Of a stretch of DNA of 64,000 nt, positions 50,963 through 61,705 are shown one piece after another (positions within the stretch are counted from its first letter, which is position 1; the number at the start of each line of letters is the position of its first letter). The DNA is from Gammaproteobacteria bacterium TMED78. Lineage in GTDB: Bacteria; Pseudomonadota; Gammaproteobacteria; Steroidobacterales; Rariloculaceae. The position numbers and the translations under genes are program-made. The stretch lies in assembly GCA_002171615.1 (NCBI GenBank), contig NHEF01000010.1:254634-318633 (forward strand), in the 5' to 3' direction. A model generated the notes under the pieces. It was given only the letters and a program-made list of their open reading frames with translations, was not told the DNA's origin and searched no databases.

Positions 50963-52000
50963 TCAATTTTTACCTAAAAATCTTCTAGTTAGCTCTGGAT
51001 CACATTCGCCAACAAACATTTTCATCTGTGGAGAGTAAACTAGATTTCTTTGGTGAGTGAAAGGCTCTGATAAGTATTCTGGATCTTCAAGGGTAAATTC
51101 CATATTAATGCCTGCCCCATCATTAATTAATGTGTATTTCTCTAAAACGTGTTTTTCTGGCCCAGACGGAACTCCTATTTGATAAGGCGATCTATGATTT
51201 TCAAAATTTCTTGTATCAACAACTAATGTTTCCTCTTCCCACCAACCAATTGAATGCCCTTCGGTAAATGTCTCTGCTATATCAGGGTGTGACCTACCAT
51301 CCATGTAGATTTTCCTTTCCTCATTAAACCATTCACTTCTAAAATAAATTATCCCCTCCTCTTTTTCTTTGATATCTATTTCCATCAAATATATCCAAGT
51401 AGATACTAAGGCGGCTGGCGTTGGTCTTCCAATACAAGTTGATTCAGGATTTTCTGAAGATAGAGGGTTGTATGATTCTCTAGCTACTTTGCCTTTTTTA
51501 GTTAATTTTAAAAAATGTAAGAAAAACCCATCAAAACCTCCTGGATAATTTTGAAAAAGTGTTCTATCTCCAATCCATTTTCCACTTAAAGAGTTAGAAG
51601 TTTCTTGTTGTCTTATTTCTTCGTCTGGAGCTATGACAATTGGATCTCCGTTAGACATTTCTATAGATACAATCTTTGCATATTTTCTCCCATTCATTGG
51701 ATGGCCTCTGAAGAATACTTCATCGCCTACAGAGAGAGAATCTTGTCTCCATCCTCTTCTTTGGAGGACATTAGGCGCACCTAGTTCTATTTCCCAAGGA
51801 ATAGTTTCACCATTTTCATTTGTTTCAATTGTTATATAAGCGTGAGGTTGTCTCCAAGTAAATTCTGTGACAACACCATTAAAAGAAACAATAATGTCTT
51901 GTTCAATACCAGCGTCGCTATGGTGAGACTTAGAGATACTGATAGACTTGAGTGAGAAGAAAAAAATTAATAAAAGAAAATTAATTTTTTTTCTTAGCAT
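50963..52000 (-). CDS. Secreted DUF6152-like protein (copy 2)
   Basis: Signal peptide, then HHSD...GVVTEFTWRQPH...WEIE...RRGW. C-terminal domain has NP-x3-C, MDGRSHP, GHSIGWWE, EDPEY and GECD. Confidence 0.72.
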   Translation of the reverse strand: MLRKKINFLLLIFFFSLKSISISKSHHSDAGIEQDIIVSFNGVVTEFTWRQPHAYITIETNENGETIPWEIELGAPNVLQRRGWRQDSLSVGDEVFFRGHPMNGRKYAKIVSIEMSNGDPIVIAPDEEIRQQETSNSLSGKWIGDRTLFQNYPGGFDGFFLHFLKLTKKGKVARESYNPLSSENPESTCIGRPTPAALVSTWIYLMEIDIKEKEEGIIYFRSEWFNEERKIYMDGRSHPDIAETFTEGHSIGWWEEETLVVDTRNFENHRSPYQIGVPSGPEKHVLEKYTLINDGAGINMEFTLEDPEYLSEPFTHQRNLVYSPQMKMFVGECDPELTRRFLGKN

Positions 52001-52011
52001 AATATTTTTCT

Positions 52012-53040
52012 CTAGTCTCTCTCAAATTCACAATTATAAGGCTTTAGCTCTTCACCTGGGATCCATTGATAGTCCCTAGCTAAGGTTACCGGAGAATCAA
52101 AGGCATGCGGTTCATTTATAGTCGCTTCCCATTTCAATGTATCGTTATTTTGATCGAATGAAAATTTCTCTTCAATAATCATGTTTTCAGTTTGAGGAGT
52201 GCCATATTCATCAAAATATGGCCAGCTAATATTTGTAGTTTCTACAAGGAGCATGTCTTCTTCCCATCTTCCTACCGAGTATCCTTGTAAAGATGGCTCA
52301 AGGCTGTCCGCGTCAGATAAATCTCCATTCATATGAAACATTCTAATAGCATCCCATTGCTCAAATTGCTGTATTATATTTTCTCCTTCTTCTCTAAAGG
52401 CCATAGGAAATGGAGTGTCAACAGTCACAGGCATTCCGGGTGGAATACAGTCTAAGGCTGGATCATCAATAATTGGGTCCCAAGCCTCTCGTGCTGCAAT
52501 AGCAAGTGCCGAGTATGGCAGAGGAGATGGTGAGCTCATTCCCATCGCGCCGCCAGCTGTCCAAATTCTAAAAATACTATCTACTGTATTTGACTCAGAA
52601 TAAGAGTTACTAGCATTTTGATAGTTCCTATCTTCTACTTCTTCATTAAATTGATAATCAAACCTTCTTCTCATTTGGTTAGCAAAGCCAGGGTCTATGA
52701 TCATATCAGCCGAGCCATCCTTTCTCATTGCAGCGGCTAGGAAATCATTTCTGCCAAGAGAAGAAGATACGCCGATAAATGAAACGCTGTCCCCAACCTG
52801 GGCAATACCATCATATCCAAGTCGCTGCAATCTATTGACAGGAGCAGATTCTATTTCCCATATTTCACCATCACTAGTTTCAATTAAGAATTTAACATGA
52901 GGATTAATATAGCGGGTTTCTACCATAACCCCTGATAAAATAACTGGTTTAGACATATCAAAAAAAGAACCAGTAGCATGATGCGAGTAATTTGAGTTGC
53001 TTATTAAAAGTAAAAAAAATGTAAGTAATAATTTTTTCAT
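52012..53040 (-). CDS. Secreted DUF6152-like protein (copy 3)
   Basis: Signal peptide, then HHAT...YINPHV...WEIE...RLG. C-terminal domain has [20 protein letters not shown] and PYNC. Confidence 0.72.
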   Translation of the reverse strand: MKKLLLTFFLLLISNSNYSHHATGSFFDMSKPVILSGVMVETRYINPHVKFLIETSDGEIWEIESAPVNRLQRLGYDGIAQVGDSVSFIGVSSSLGRNDFLAAAMRKDGSADMIIDPGFANQMRRRFDYQFNEEVEDRNYQNASNSYSESNTVDSIFRIWTAGGAMGMSSPSPLPYSALAIAAREAWDPIIDDPALDCIPPGMPVTVDTPFPMAFREEGENIIQQFEQWDAIRMFHMNGDLSDADSLEPSLQGYSVGRWEEDMLLVETTNISWPYFDEYGTPQTENMIIEEKFSFDQNNDTLKWEATINEPHAFDSPVTLARDYQWIPGEELKPYNCEFERD

Positions 53041-53104
53041 TTTTCAGAACCTAGCAAATTTAAGTTATAATTCCTTTCATTATAAACTATTTAAGACTGT
53101 TATC

Positions 53105-54988
53105 TTGAAAAATTTTGATTGTATAGTCATTGGTGGAGGGCATGCTGGAACTGAAGCCGCGCTGGCGGCAGCTAGATTGGGTGTAGAAACTCTACTTCTT
53201 ACTCAGAAGCTCGATACCTTAGGCCAAATGAGCTGTAACCCTGCCATAGGTGGTATAGGCAAGGGCCATCTAGCTAAAGAAATTGATGCTCTGGGAGGAG
53301 TTCTGGCTAAGGCAGCTGATCATGCCGGTATACACTTTAGAACGCTAAATGGAAGCAAAGGACCCGCTGTTAGAGCAACTAGGGCTCAGACAGACAGATC
53401 TTTATATAAAAAAGCAATACAGCATCAATTACATCTTCAAAGCAACCTTACTTTAATTGAGCAGAGTGTAGATGATTTGATAATAGATCATGAAAGAGCT
53501 GTAGGCGTCATAACAGAGGAGGGGGTTAAGTTTCTAGCACCAGCAATTATTCTAACAGTTGGAACTTTTTTGAAAGGACAAATACATATCGGTGATAAAA
53601 GATCTTCTGGTGGAAGAGCAGGAGACCCACCGTCAAACAAGCTTGCGTATAAATTAAGAGATATCGGTTTAAATGTTTCCCGGCTTAAGACAGGGACCCC
53701 TCCGAGGATAGATGGGAGGAGTTTAAATTTTTCAGCGATGAAAAAGCAACCTGGTGATTTGCCAACGCCAGTATTTTCTTTTTTAGGAAAGCTAAAAGAT
53801 CATCCTAAGCAAATCGCTTGTTATATATCAAATACTACAGAGAGAACACATCAAATTATTCGCGATAATTTATCTAGCTCTGCAATGTATAGCGGTGCAA
53901 TAGAGGGAGTAGGCCCAAGATATTGTCCATCAATAGAGGATAAAGTTGTCAGATTTTCTACTAAAAATTCTCATCAGATTTTTGTTGAGCCTGAGGGGCT
54001 AAACACAAATATTATTTATCCAAATGGTATTTCAACAAGCCTACCAGCAAATATTCAAGAAATGTTTGTTAAGAGCATAATAGGTTTTGAGAATGCAAAA
54101 ATCACTAGCCCAGGATATGCAATAGAGTACGATTTCTTTGATCCAAGAGATTTAAATAGCTCATTAGAATCAAAGAAAATAAAAGGCCTTTTTTTTGCTG
54201 GACAAATAAATGGAACTACGGGCTATGAAGAGGCAGCAGCACAAGGAATTTTGGCTGGGCTAAATGCTGCTAATTTAGCTTTAGATAAAGATCCATGGTG
54301 TCCTAGAAGAGATCAAGCTTATATTGGAGTTTTAATTGATGATTTAATTACTTTAGGCACCACTGAGCCCTATAGAATGTTTACTTCTAGGGCTGAGTAT
54401 AGATTATCATTAAGAGAAGACAACGCAGATATTAGATTGACGGGGATAGGAAGAGATTTAGGTTTAGTTAAAGAAAATAGGTGGAAAGTTTTTTCTTCAA
54501 AGATTGAAGCTTTAGATAAAAAAACTAATGAGCTTAAAAATATAATTATTACCCCTGCCAATTTAAGAGTTAGTGGTAGTAATGAGATTTCTAAGAGGAA
54601 TATTAAAGGAATAGATTTTCTTAAGAGGCCCGGAGCTTCTTATGATGATATTGTATCTATGGGTTTAATTAAAGATCTAAATGAAGGCCTATATCCTGAG
54701 CTTGCTTCTCAGATTAAAAGCCAGCTCAAGATACAAGCTGGATATTCAGGATATATAGAAAGGCAGAACAAAGAAATACAAAGACAACAAAAAAGAATGT
54801 CTACCAAGATACCATCGACAGTTTCTTTTTCTGAGATTAAAGGACTTTCAAACGAAGTTAGGGAAAAGCTTGAAAAGGTTAGTCCTAAGGATATTGGTCA
54901 GGCATCAAGAATATCAGGTGTAACCCCTGCTGCTATTGCTTTAATATTAATTTATTTAAAGAAGAATGATTTAAAAAGATCTGCTTAA
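53105..54988 (+). CDS. mnmG: tRNA uridine 5-carboxymethylaminomethyl modification enzyme (GidA)
   Basis: Motifs [32 protein letters not shown] and [17 protein letters not shown]. Start placed at TTG 53105. Confidence 0.98.
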   Translation: MKNFDCIVIGGGHAGTEAALAAARLGVETLLLTQKLDTLGQMSCNPAIGGIGKGHLAKEIDALGGVLAKAADHAGIHFRTLNGSKGPAVRATRAQTDRSLYKKAIQHQLHLQSNLTLIEQSVDDLIIDHERAVGVITEEGVKFLAPAIILTVGTFLKGQIHIGDKRSSGGRAGDPPSNKLAYKLRDIGLNVSRLKTGTPPRIDGRSLNFSAMKKQPGDLPTPVFSFLGKLKDHPKQIACYISNTTERTHQIIRDNLSSSAMYSGAIEGVGPRYCPSIEDKVVRFSTKNSHQIFVEPEGLNTNIIYPNGISTSLPANIQEMFVKSIIGFENAKITSPGYAIEYDFFDPRDLNSSLESKKIKGLFFAGQINGTTGYEEAAAQGILAGLNAANLALDKDPWCPRRDQAYIGVLIDDLITLGTTEPYRMFTSRAEYRLSLREDNADIRLTGIGRDLGLVKENRWKVFSSKIEALDKKTNELKNIIITPANLRVSGSNEISKRNIKGIDFLKRPGASYDDIVSMGLIKDLNEGLYPELASQIKSQLKIQAGYSGYIERQNKEIQRQQKRMSTKIPSTVSFSEIKGLSNEVREKLEKVSPKDIGQASRISGVTPAAIALILIYLKKNDLKRSA

Positions 54989-54996
54989 CTAAAAAA

Positions 54997-55956
54997 TTAG
55001 TATAAGTAGCAAGCAACCGAGTGCTTATCATTAGTTGTTTTAAGAGGCTTCAGTTTAGGAGTATTTTCTCTACAATCTTTCATTACTTTAGGACAGCGGT
55101 CAGCAAACCTACAGCCGGGCTTAATATTAATAGCAGAGGGAATTTCACCATTTATAGTTAGTTTACTTTTTTTATTTAGACTCACCTCTGGCTCAGGGTT
55201 AGAGCTGATAAGTAGCTGAGTATAGGGATGTTTAGGGCTAAAAAATATATCGTTAGCATTGCCTATTTCAACAATCTTCCCTAAGTACATCACAGCCATT
55301 CTGTCAGATACATATCTAACCATTGATAGGTCATGAGCTATAAATAGCAAAGTTAAATTTAGTGATGTTTTTAGTTTTTCTAGTAGGTTAATTATTTGAG
55401 CCTGAACTGATACATCTAGTGCAGAAATTGGCTCATCACAAACAACAAACTCTGGCTCCATTATCAAGGCTCTAGCAATTCCTATTCTTTGTCTTTGGCC
55501 TCCTGAAAACTCATGGGGGTATCTAGACATATAGCTTTTTTCTAGCCCCACAAGCGAAAACCATTCTGACACTTTCTGATTTATAGTATTTTTATTAAGC
55601 TTGGTGTGGAGATATAGGCCTTCTGCAACTATCTCCCCTGCTGTCATTCTAGGATTAAGTGAAGAATAAGGATCTTGAAAGATCATCTGCATAGAAGTAG
55701 CATATTTCTGAAAATCAGATGATTTATAATTATTAGGTAGTAATTTTTTTTTGTAAAAGGCCTCACCGGAGGTTTTTCTGTGAAGACCAAGAAGGGCTTT
55801 TCCAAAGGTTGATTTTCCTGAACCGCTTTCTCCTACAAGCCCCATAGTTTCTTTCTGATGAATCCTTAAAGAAACCTCATCTACAGCATGGACAGTATTA
55901 TTCCTCCCAATGGAAAAATGCTTGGTTAACTTTTTTGTTTCGATTAAAACGGTCAT
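54997..55956 (-). CDS. oppF: Oligopeptide ABC transporter ATPase
   Basis: Motifs GESGSGKST, YPHEFSGGQRQR and CDEPISALDVSVQ. C-terminal GCRF...CP...C...C. Confidence 0.88.
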   Translation of the reverse strand: MTVLIETKKLTKHFSIGRNNTVHAVDEVSLRIHQKETMGLVGESGSGKSTFGKALLGLHRKTSGEAFYKKKLLPNNYKSSDFQKYATSMQMIFQDPYSSLNPRMTAGEIVAEGLYLHTKLNKNTINQKVSEWFSLVGLEKSYMSRYPHEFSGGQRQRIGIARALIMEPEFVVCDEPISALDVSVQAQIINLLEKLKTSLNLTLLFIAHDLSMVRYVSDRMAVMYLGKIVEIGNANDIFFSPKHPYTQLLISSNPEPEVSLNKKSKLTINGEIPSAINIKPGCRFADRCPKVMKDCRENTPKLKPLKTTNDKHSVACYLY

Positions 55957-56954
55957 TTGAAGCTATTAGTAGCATATTTATGGTGGGCCCAGCAATTTGT
56001 ATGATGATCTTTTGAGATCTCGTATGTTTCTGGTCTATTTTTTTCGCATACATTCATTGCTACAGGACACCTATCAAAATAACTACATCCAATTGGAGGC
56101 CTGAAAAGATCAGGAGGAGAGCCCTCTATTGGTTTTAATGTTTTTTTCTCACCTTTAATATTGGTTGGCATTGCTTCTTTTAGACCAAGAGTATAAGGGT
56201 GTGATGAATTATTATAAATTTCATTAACATCGCCTTTTTCCACTATTTCTCCTCCATACATTACAAGAACCTCATCAGCTATTTCTGCAACTACACCTAA
56301 ATCATGGGTTATTAAAATAATAGCCATATCATTTTCTTTTTGCATATCACTTAACATAGAAAGAATCTGAGATTGAATTGTCACATCTAGGGCAGTGGTT
56401 GGTTCATCGGCTATTAGTATGCTTGGGCGACAGGCTACTGCCATAGCTATCATTGATCTTTGGAGCATACCTCCTGATAATTCGAATGGATACTGACTAG
56501 CTCTTTGTTTTGCATCTGGGATCTGAACCAAATCAAGTAAATCTATAGCTTTTTTAAATGCATTACTATAGCTAAGACCTAAGTGAGTTTGAATTGTCTC
56601 TGCTACTTGGTCACCAATTTTCATAGTTGGATTTAGAGAGGTCATTGGATCTTGAAAAATCATTCCTATTTTTGATCCTCTTATATCTTTACCATTAATT
56701 TTTTTGTTTTTTAAAATATCTTGTTTTTCAAAATATACTTCTCCCCTAGTTATCTTTCCTGGTGGTTTTGGAATTAATCCCATGATGCTCTGAACTGTTA
56801 CGGACTTTCCACAGCCTGATTCCCCAACTATTGCTGTTGTAAGGCCTTTTTTGATGCTAAAACTTACTCCTCTAACAGCTTTAATTACTCCTCCATAAGT
56901 ATCAAATTCAACATGAAGATTACTAACTTTTAGAGCTATACTTTTATTTATCAT
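55953..56954 (-). CDS. oppD: Oligopeptide ABC transporter ATPase
   Basis: Motifs [26 protein letters not shown] and [13 protein letters not shown]. Confidence 0.88.
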   Translation of the reverse strand: MINKSIALKVSNLHVEFDTYGGVIKAVRGVSFSIKKGLTTAIVGESGCGKSVTVQSIMGLIPKPPGKITRGEVYFEKQDILKNKKINGKDIRGSKIGMIFQDPMTSLNPTMKIGDQVAETIQTHLGLSYSNAFKKAIDLLDLVQIPDAKQRASQYPFELSGGMLQRSMIAMAVACRPSILIADEPTTALDVTIQSQILSMLSDMQKENDMAIILITHDLGVVAEIADEVLVMYGGEIVEKGDVNEIYNNSSHPYTLGLKEAMPTNIKGEKKTLKPIEGSPPDLFRPPIGCSYFDRCPVAMNVCEKNRPETYEISKDHHTNCWAHHKYATNSFK

Positions 56955-58372
56955 TCCTTAGATCTCATTTTTGCATCAAGGGCATCTCTTAGCCCATCTC
57001 CAAGGAGATTAAACGCTAGTACAGTGATACTAATTAGAGACGCCGGAAAAATAATTTCGTGGGGATGATTTAACATAGTCTGAAGGCCCTCATTACACAT
57101 GCTCCCCCATGAGGGGGTAGGAGGCACAACTCCCATACCAATAAAAGAAAGGAACGCCTCAACAAATATCACCGAAGGAATAGCAAAAGTTAGCGTTACA
57201 AGAATTACCCCAATTGTGTTGGGAATCATGTGTCTCAAGATTAGAAAATAAGTTTTAGCTCCCAATAATTGTGACGCAAGAATATATCCCTCACCTCTTA
57301 TCTGTAATATCTGCCCTCTGACAAGCCTGGCAGTCGCAGGCCAGCTTAGAAGCACTAAAGCTAGTAGCATTGGTATTACGCCACTCTCACCAGGGCCAAT
57401 TCCAAAAGCTATTTTAAAAAGAATCATGAAAAGCAAAAATGGAAGCGCCACTACAAAGTCAGCAAATCGCATTAAAAACTGATCAACTTTCCCGCCAATG
57501 AAACCAGCTATGCTCCCATAGAAAACACCTAAGATCACAAAAAATATAGGAGCCAGAACGCCAATAAATAGAGACACTCTAGCTCCATGCATGAGTCTAG
57601 AAAGCATATCTCTGCCAAGGTAATCTGTTCCCAGAGGGTGAAATTTAAGATATATAGTATCTCCTATAGCTACCTGACTAGTTTGAGTTATGATGCCTTT
57701 TTCTATTGCCTCAGGAATTGATATTGCTCGAGAAACCCTAACAGCTATCTTTTTATACTGGTTACTTTCCCTACCTAATGAGTCTAAAGCAGCAATAGAA
57801 TACCAATATTCGCCTGGTTCTAGGTTTAGTCTATCTTCAAAGCTTATTTCTTCTGCAGTAAGGATATCAGCCATTGGCAGCCCAAGAGAATTATCTGATC
57901 CCGGGTCAAATTTGTTTCTATAAATTCTATATCCGCTGGCACCTATAATCTTATTCCAAGAAAGCCGGACATATTGCGTGGAGGGAAATCCTTCAACATT
58001 TATATATTCAGTCGCCCCAAGATCATAGAAATCCTTCAGGCCTTCACTAGAGTTATTTTTAGTTATACTTAGACCGTCCCAAGGCATATAAGCTTCAACC
58101 AAGATAGCGCCTCTATCAGCTCCCGGTGGGGAGCTTAATTGATCTAGGTCTTGTCCCGAAGGATCAACATTCCAAATAATAGGACCTAGCAAAGTAAAGA
58201 AAATTAAAAAGATAATTATCGATAATGAAACAAGAGAGCGCTTATTAGACATAAGCCTAATCCAAGCATCTTCCCAATATGATAATGATGGCCTCGAAAT
58301 AGATGTTGTTTTCTTTTTTTTGGAAACTCTCTTAAAGTCTAATGGAGTAAGATTTTCTACTATGTTTGTCAT
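56951..58372 (-). CDS. oppC: Oligopeptide ABC permease with fibronectin-III-like insert
   Basis: OppC N-terminus SYWEDAW, plus HPLGTDYLGRD and EAFLSFIGMGV-x-PP-x2-SWG. About 160 extra residues after the first TM helix. Confidence 0.85.
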   Translation of the reverse strand: MTNIVENLTPLDFKRVSKKKKTTSISRPSLSYWEDAWIRLMSNKRSLVSLSIIIFLIFFTLLGPIIWNVDPSGQDLDQLSSPPGADRGAILVEAYMPWDGLSITKNNSSEGLKDFYDLGATEYINVEGFPSTQYVRLSWNKIIGASGYRIYRNKFDPGSDNSLGLPMADILTAEEISFEDRLNLEPGEYWYSIAALDSLGRESNQYKKIAVRVSRAISIPEAIEKGIITQTSQVAIGDTIYLKFHPLGTDYLGRDMLSRLMHGARVSLFIGVLAPIFFVILGVFYGSIAGFIGGKVDQFLMRFADFVVALPFLLFMILFKIAFGIGPGESGVIPMLLALVLLSWPATARLVRGQILQIRGEGYILASQLLGAKTYFLILRHMIPNTIGVILVTLTFAIPSVIFVEAFLSFIGMGVVPPTPSWGSMCNEGLQTMLNHPHEIIFPASLISITVLAFNLLGDGLRDALDAKMRSKE

Positions 58373-59301
58373 TCTAGCCTTACCCTTGGGTCAACTAGGC
58401 CATAAATAAGATCCACTATAATCACCATAAAAACCAAAAAAGCTCCATAAAAAACGGTTGTTCCCATTATTACTGTATAGTCTAACTGCTGAACAGCTTG
58501 TACAAAGAATCTTCCTAAGCCAGGAATTGCAAATACAAGCTCAACAACAAAACCCCCTGTTGTAATAGAGGCAATAGCGGGACCAATGACAGTAATTACA
58601 GGGAGAATTGCATTCCTTAGTTGGTGTTTTAAAAAAATTCTCTGAGCAGGCAGCCCTTTCGAATAGGCTGTTCTTATATAATCGGCATTAACCACTTCTA
58701 ACATAGATGATCTCATTAGCCTTGTTAGGAAAGCCATCGTTCCGAGACCTAACACTAAAGAAGGTACGAGCATATGTGATATAGTCCCCCATCCGGCTAC
58801 GGGTAGTATCGAGAAGCCAAAAGAAGTATTAATATTTACTAAAATTAACTGGCTCATTGCTGCTATTACGAAGCTTGGAACTGATATTCCAAATATCACA
58901 AGGAACATGACAACAACATCTGGCAGCCTATTTCTATAGATGGCTGTAAGGGCGCCCCATAAAACTCCTCCTAGGGCAGCAAAGACAATTGAAAGAATGC
59001 CTAGAGTAGCTGAAACTGGGAAGTGTTCCCTAATTATGTCATTTACACTTCTATTCTGTTGGGTAAAGGAAATACCAAAATCACCTTTAATCATATTTCC
59101 CATGTATATTATATATTGCTCTAAAATTGGTTTATCTAGCCCATATTTTTGTTCTAAGTTTTGTCTTATTTCTTCGCTCATCCCTCTTTCTCCAGTAAGA
59201 GGATCGCCAGGAACTGAGTGCATAGCAATGAAGGTTACTGTAGCAATGAACCATACTGTAACTATTCCTTGAATAATTCTTTTTATAGTATATTTAAGCA
59301 T
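58369..59301 (-). CDS. oppB: Oligopeptide ABC permease
   Basis: Motifs PGDP, YGLDKP-x3-QY, GDFGIS, DYIRTA-x2-KGL and IPGLG. Confidence 0.9.
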   Translation of the reverse strand: MLKYTIKRIIQGIVTVWFIATVTFIAMHSVPGDPLTGERGMSEEIRQNLEQKYGLDKPILEQYIIYMGNMIKGDFGISFTQQNRSVNDIIREHFPVSATLGILSIVFAALGGVLWGALTAIYRNRLPDVVVMFLVIFGISVPSFVIAAMSQLILVNINTSFGFSILPVAGWGTISHMLVPSLVLGLGTMAFLTRLMRSSMLEVVNADYIRTAYSKGLPAQRIFLKHQLRNAILPVITVIGPAIASITTGGFVVELVFAIPGLGRFFVQAVQQLDYTVIMGTTVFYGAFLVFMVIIVDLIYGLVDPRVRLE

Positions 59302-59306
59302 GCTAT

Positions 59307-61010
59307 TTATAACGCTTCATTAATAAAGACATTCGTAAAATCTGGATCTGGGCCAACAACCCTTCTTACTAGCCCTTCAAGCCTTCTATCTTTTACGTAA
59401 ACAACGCCTCTTTCATAGTTAGGGATTAATGCAACCTCATTGATTAAGATCTCTTGTTGTTTTGCAAAAGCCTGCATTCTTTCTTCTTTGTTTAAGGACG
59501 TTTGTGATATTCGTACATATTTATCATATTCCTCATTAAAAAAAGAACCATTATTGTTTGGGTTCCATGAAGCAAACAGCTCTCCAAATGTAAGAGGATC
59601 ATTGAAATCAGGACCCCATCCATACAGCGCTATATCAAAGTCACCAGCTCTCATCTTAGCTAGTCTTTGTTTGAAGATCTGTTTATCTATCTTTACGTCT
59701 ATGCTTAATTTGGTTGAGTATAAATTTTGAAAGTATTCAGCCTGTTTGCTTGAGCCAGGCGAGTCATCTACTAGAATGGTTAAAGAGATATTTCCTTCTA
59801 TGCCAAGCTCCTCTTTTGCTTTTTTTAGATATTGTTTTGCTAGCTCTAAGTTAGGTTTAATTTTTGTAGCAGGATGCTCCTGTCTGAAAGAGCCATTTGT
59901 CCCCTTGAGCCAAACAGGGAATAGTGATTCAGAGGGAATATAGCCTGGGAGCTTGATGATTTTATTGACTAACTCACTTGAATCGGAAGAAAGCTGAAGG
60001 GCTTTTCTTAGGTTCCAGTTACTAGTAATTTTATCATCTTTAAAGTTAAAGACAGTAAACCAACTACCTCCATCGCTAGTTCTCAACAGTTTCCATCTTT
60101 CTCTTAAGGCAGTATCTAGCTGTTCTGAACCAAGTGCGCCAATCATAGCAATTTTTCCATCTCTGAAAAGATTAATTGTGGTTGCCGCATCAGATGTCAT
60201 ATATGGCATATCTATAGAATTAATTTTGATTCTTTCGTTATCCCAGTAATACGGATTTTTATCTAATTTTACATGAGCACCATGTACCCAAACTGACATC
60301 ATGAAAGGGCCATTGTAAATAAGTTCTATTGCATCGGCACCATATCTACCGCTAGTACTATTGAAAAAATCTTCTCTTATTGGGTTGTAAGTAGGAAAAG
60401 CGACAAGCTCCTCAAAATAAGCTAAAGGACGCTCAAATGTAACCTCTAAGGTAAAGTCATCTATAGCTTTAACGCCTAGTTCCTCAATATTCATTGATCC
60501 AGTATTAATTGCTTCAGCGTTTTTAATTGGATAGAGGATAAATGAATATTCAGATGCAGTTTCGGGTTTTAATGCAGTTTTCCATGCAAAAACAAAATCT
60601 CTTGCAGTTACAGGTTTCCCATCACTCCATCTAGCATCATCTCTAAGCCAGAATGTTGCACCGTTATCATGAATATTCCATTCCTCAGCAACGCCAGCAA
60701 CAATGTTATTATTCTCATCATAGCGAAGCAGGCCTTCCATAACATGTCCTAAAATCATAATACTCACAGAGTCTGTTGTTCTTGTGCTATCTAGTTGTGG
60801 CGGTTCAGAGCCAAGTAATAAAGTAATTGTTTTAGAGTCTAGATCAATAGCTCCAACTCTCTGGTTATTATCACTAAAAAGATTAGAGGCCCAACTTAAA
60901 AAAATCATCAGACCGGCCAATCCAGTAAAGCTTAGTAGCGTTAGGATAAGTAGTTGTTTTCCTGCTACTTGAGCAAATGTTTCCTCTGTTTCTTTCATCT
61001 TCTTAAACAT
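59307..61010 (-). CDS. oppA: Oligopeptide ABC substrate-binding protein (family 5)
   Basis: Motifs EGL...GVAE-x-W, LR-x-DA-x-WSDG-x-PVTA-x-DF, NGPF, KNPYYW and WGPDFNDP. Confidence 0.88.
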   Translation of the reverse strand: MFKKMKETEETFAQVAGKQLLILTLLSFTGLAGLMIFLSWASNLFSDNNQRVGAIDLDSKTITLLLGSEPPQLDSTRTTDSVSIMILGHVMEGLLRYDENNNIVAGVAEEWNIHDNGATFWLRDDARWSDGKPVTARDFVFAWKTALKPETASEYSFILYPIKNAEAINTGSMNIEELGVKAIDDFTLEVTFERPLAYFEELVAFPTYNPIREDFFNSTSGRYGADAIELIYNGPFMMSVWVHGAHVKLDKNPYYWDNERIKINSIDMPYMTSDAATTINLFRDGKIAMIGALGSEQLDTALRERWKLLRTSDGGSWFTVFNFKDDKITSNWNLRKALQLSSDSSELVNKIIKLPGYIPSESLFPVWLKGTNGSFRQEHPATKIKPNLELAKQYLKKAKEELGIEGNISLTILVDDSPGSSKQAEYFQNLYSTKLSIDVKIDKQIFKQRLAKMRAGDFDIALYGWGPDFNDPLTFGELFASWNPNNNGSFFNEEYDKYVRISQTSLNKEERMQAFAKQQEILINEVALIPNYERGVVYVKDRRLEGLVRRVVGPDPDFTNVFINEAL

Positions 61011-61054
61011 ATTTATTTAGACCTATTTTAAACTAAGTTGGTTACTGTTTTCTA

Positions 61055-61705
61055 ATGAGCTCGTATAATATATTAATGCAAAAGTTAATAATTAATAAAT
61101 TTAAGACATTAGGAATAGCATACTCCCCTTATGATATAAGTAAGTATGAAAATTTTCTTCTTTTAATGCAGAAATGGAATAAAGTTTTCAATTTGACCAG
61201 TATAGTTGATCTAGATGATATGATTCATAGGCATTTGGTAGAAAGCTTAGCTTTTGTTCCTCATTTGTCAGGTACAGCTGTAGCTGATATTGGGAGCGGT
61301 GCGGGAATTCCAGGCGTGCCCCTTGCTATTTCTAATCCTGATAAGCATTTTACTTTGATTGAGAGCAGGGCAAAAAGAGCAAGGTTTCTTCGTCATGTTG
61401 TAGGAGAACTTAAGCTTAAGAATATTACAGTTAAAGAAACTAGAGTAGAGAAGATGAGCTTATCAGAAGCTTTTGATGTGGCAGTAGTTAAGGCTGTAAT
61501 AGATCCATCGAAGCTATTTGGGCTCGTTGAGCATTTACTAAGCGATAATGGGATAATATTAGTTCTAACAAATGATAGTTTTTTAGATAATAATATTTAT
61601 GAGGAGCAGAAATTTAAATTTATACCTATAAGCGACTTTTTAGTTAAAAACATAAAAGGATCATTAATTAGAATAGAGAGAAAAGTATATAAAGGAGTTA
61701 GATGA
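61055..61705 (+). CDS. rsmG: 16S rRNA m7G527 methyltransferase (GidB)
   Basis: Motifs KWNKVFNLTS and DIGSGAGIPG. Precedes parA. Start may be ATG 61076. Confidence 0.94.
   Translation: MSSYNILMQKLIINKFKTLGIAYSPYDISKYENFLLLMQKWNKVFNLTSIVDLDDMIHRHLVESLAFVPHLSGTAVADIGSGAGIPGVPLAISNPDKHFTLIESRAKRARFLRHVVGELKLKNITVKETRVEKMSLSEAFDVAVVKAVIDPSKLFGLVEHLLSDNGIILVLTNDSFLDNNIYEEQKFKFIPISDFLVKNIKGSLIRIERKVYKGVR

Noticed and set aside
52997-53104. N-terminal extensions in the ORF track (mnmG; also xerC, ntrC, ctpA, trpA, DUF971)
   Set aside because: These come from choosing the most upstream start codon. They overlap neighbouring genes or promoter regions and precede the conserved N-termini.
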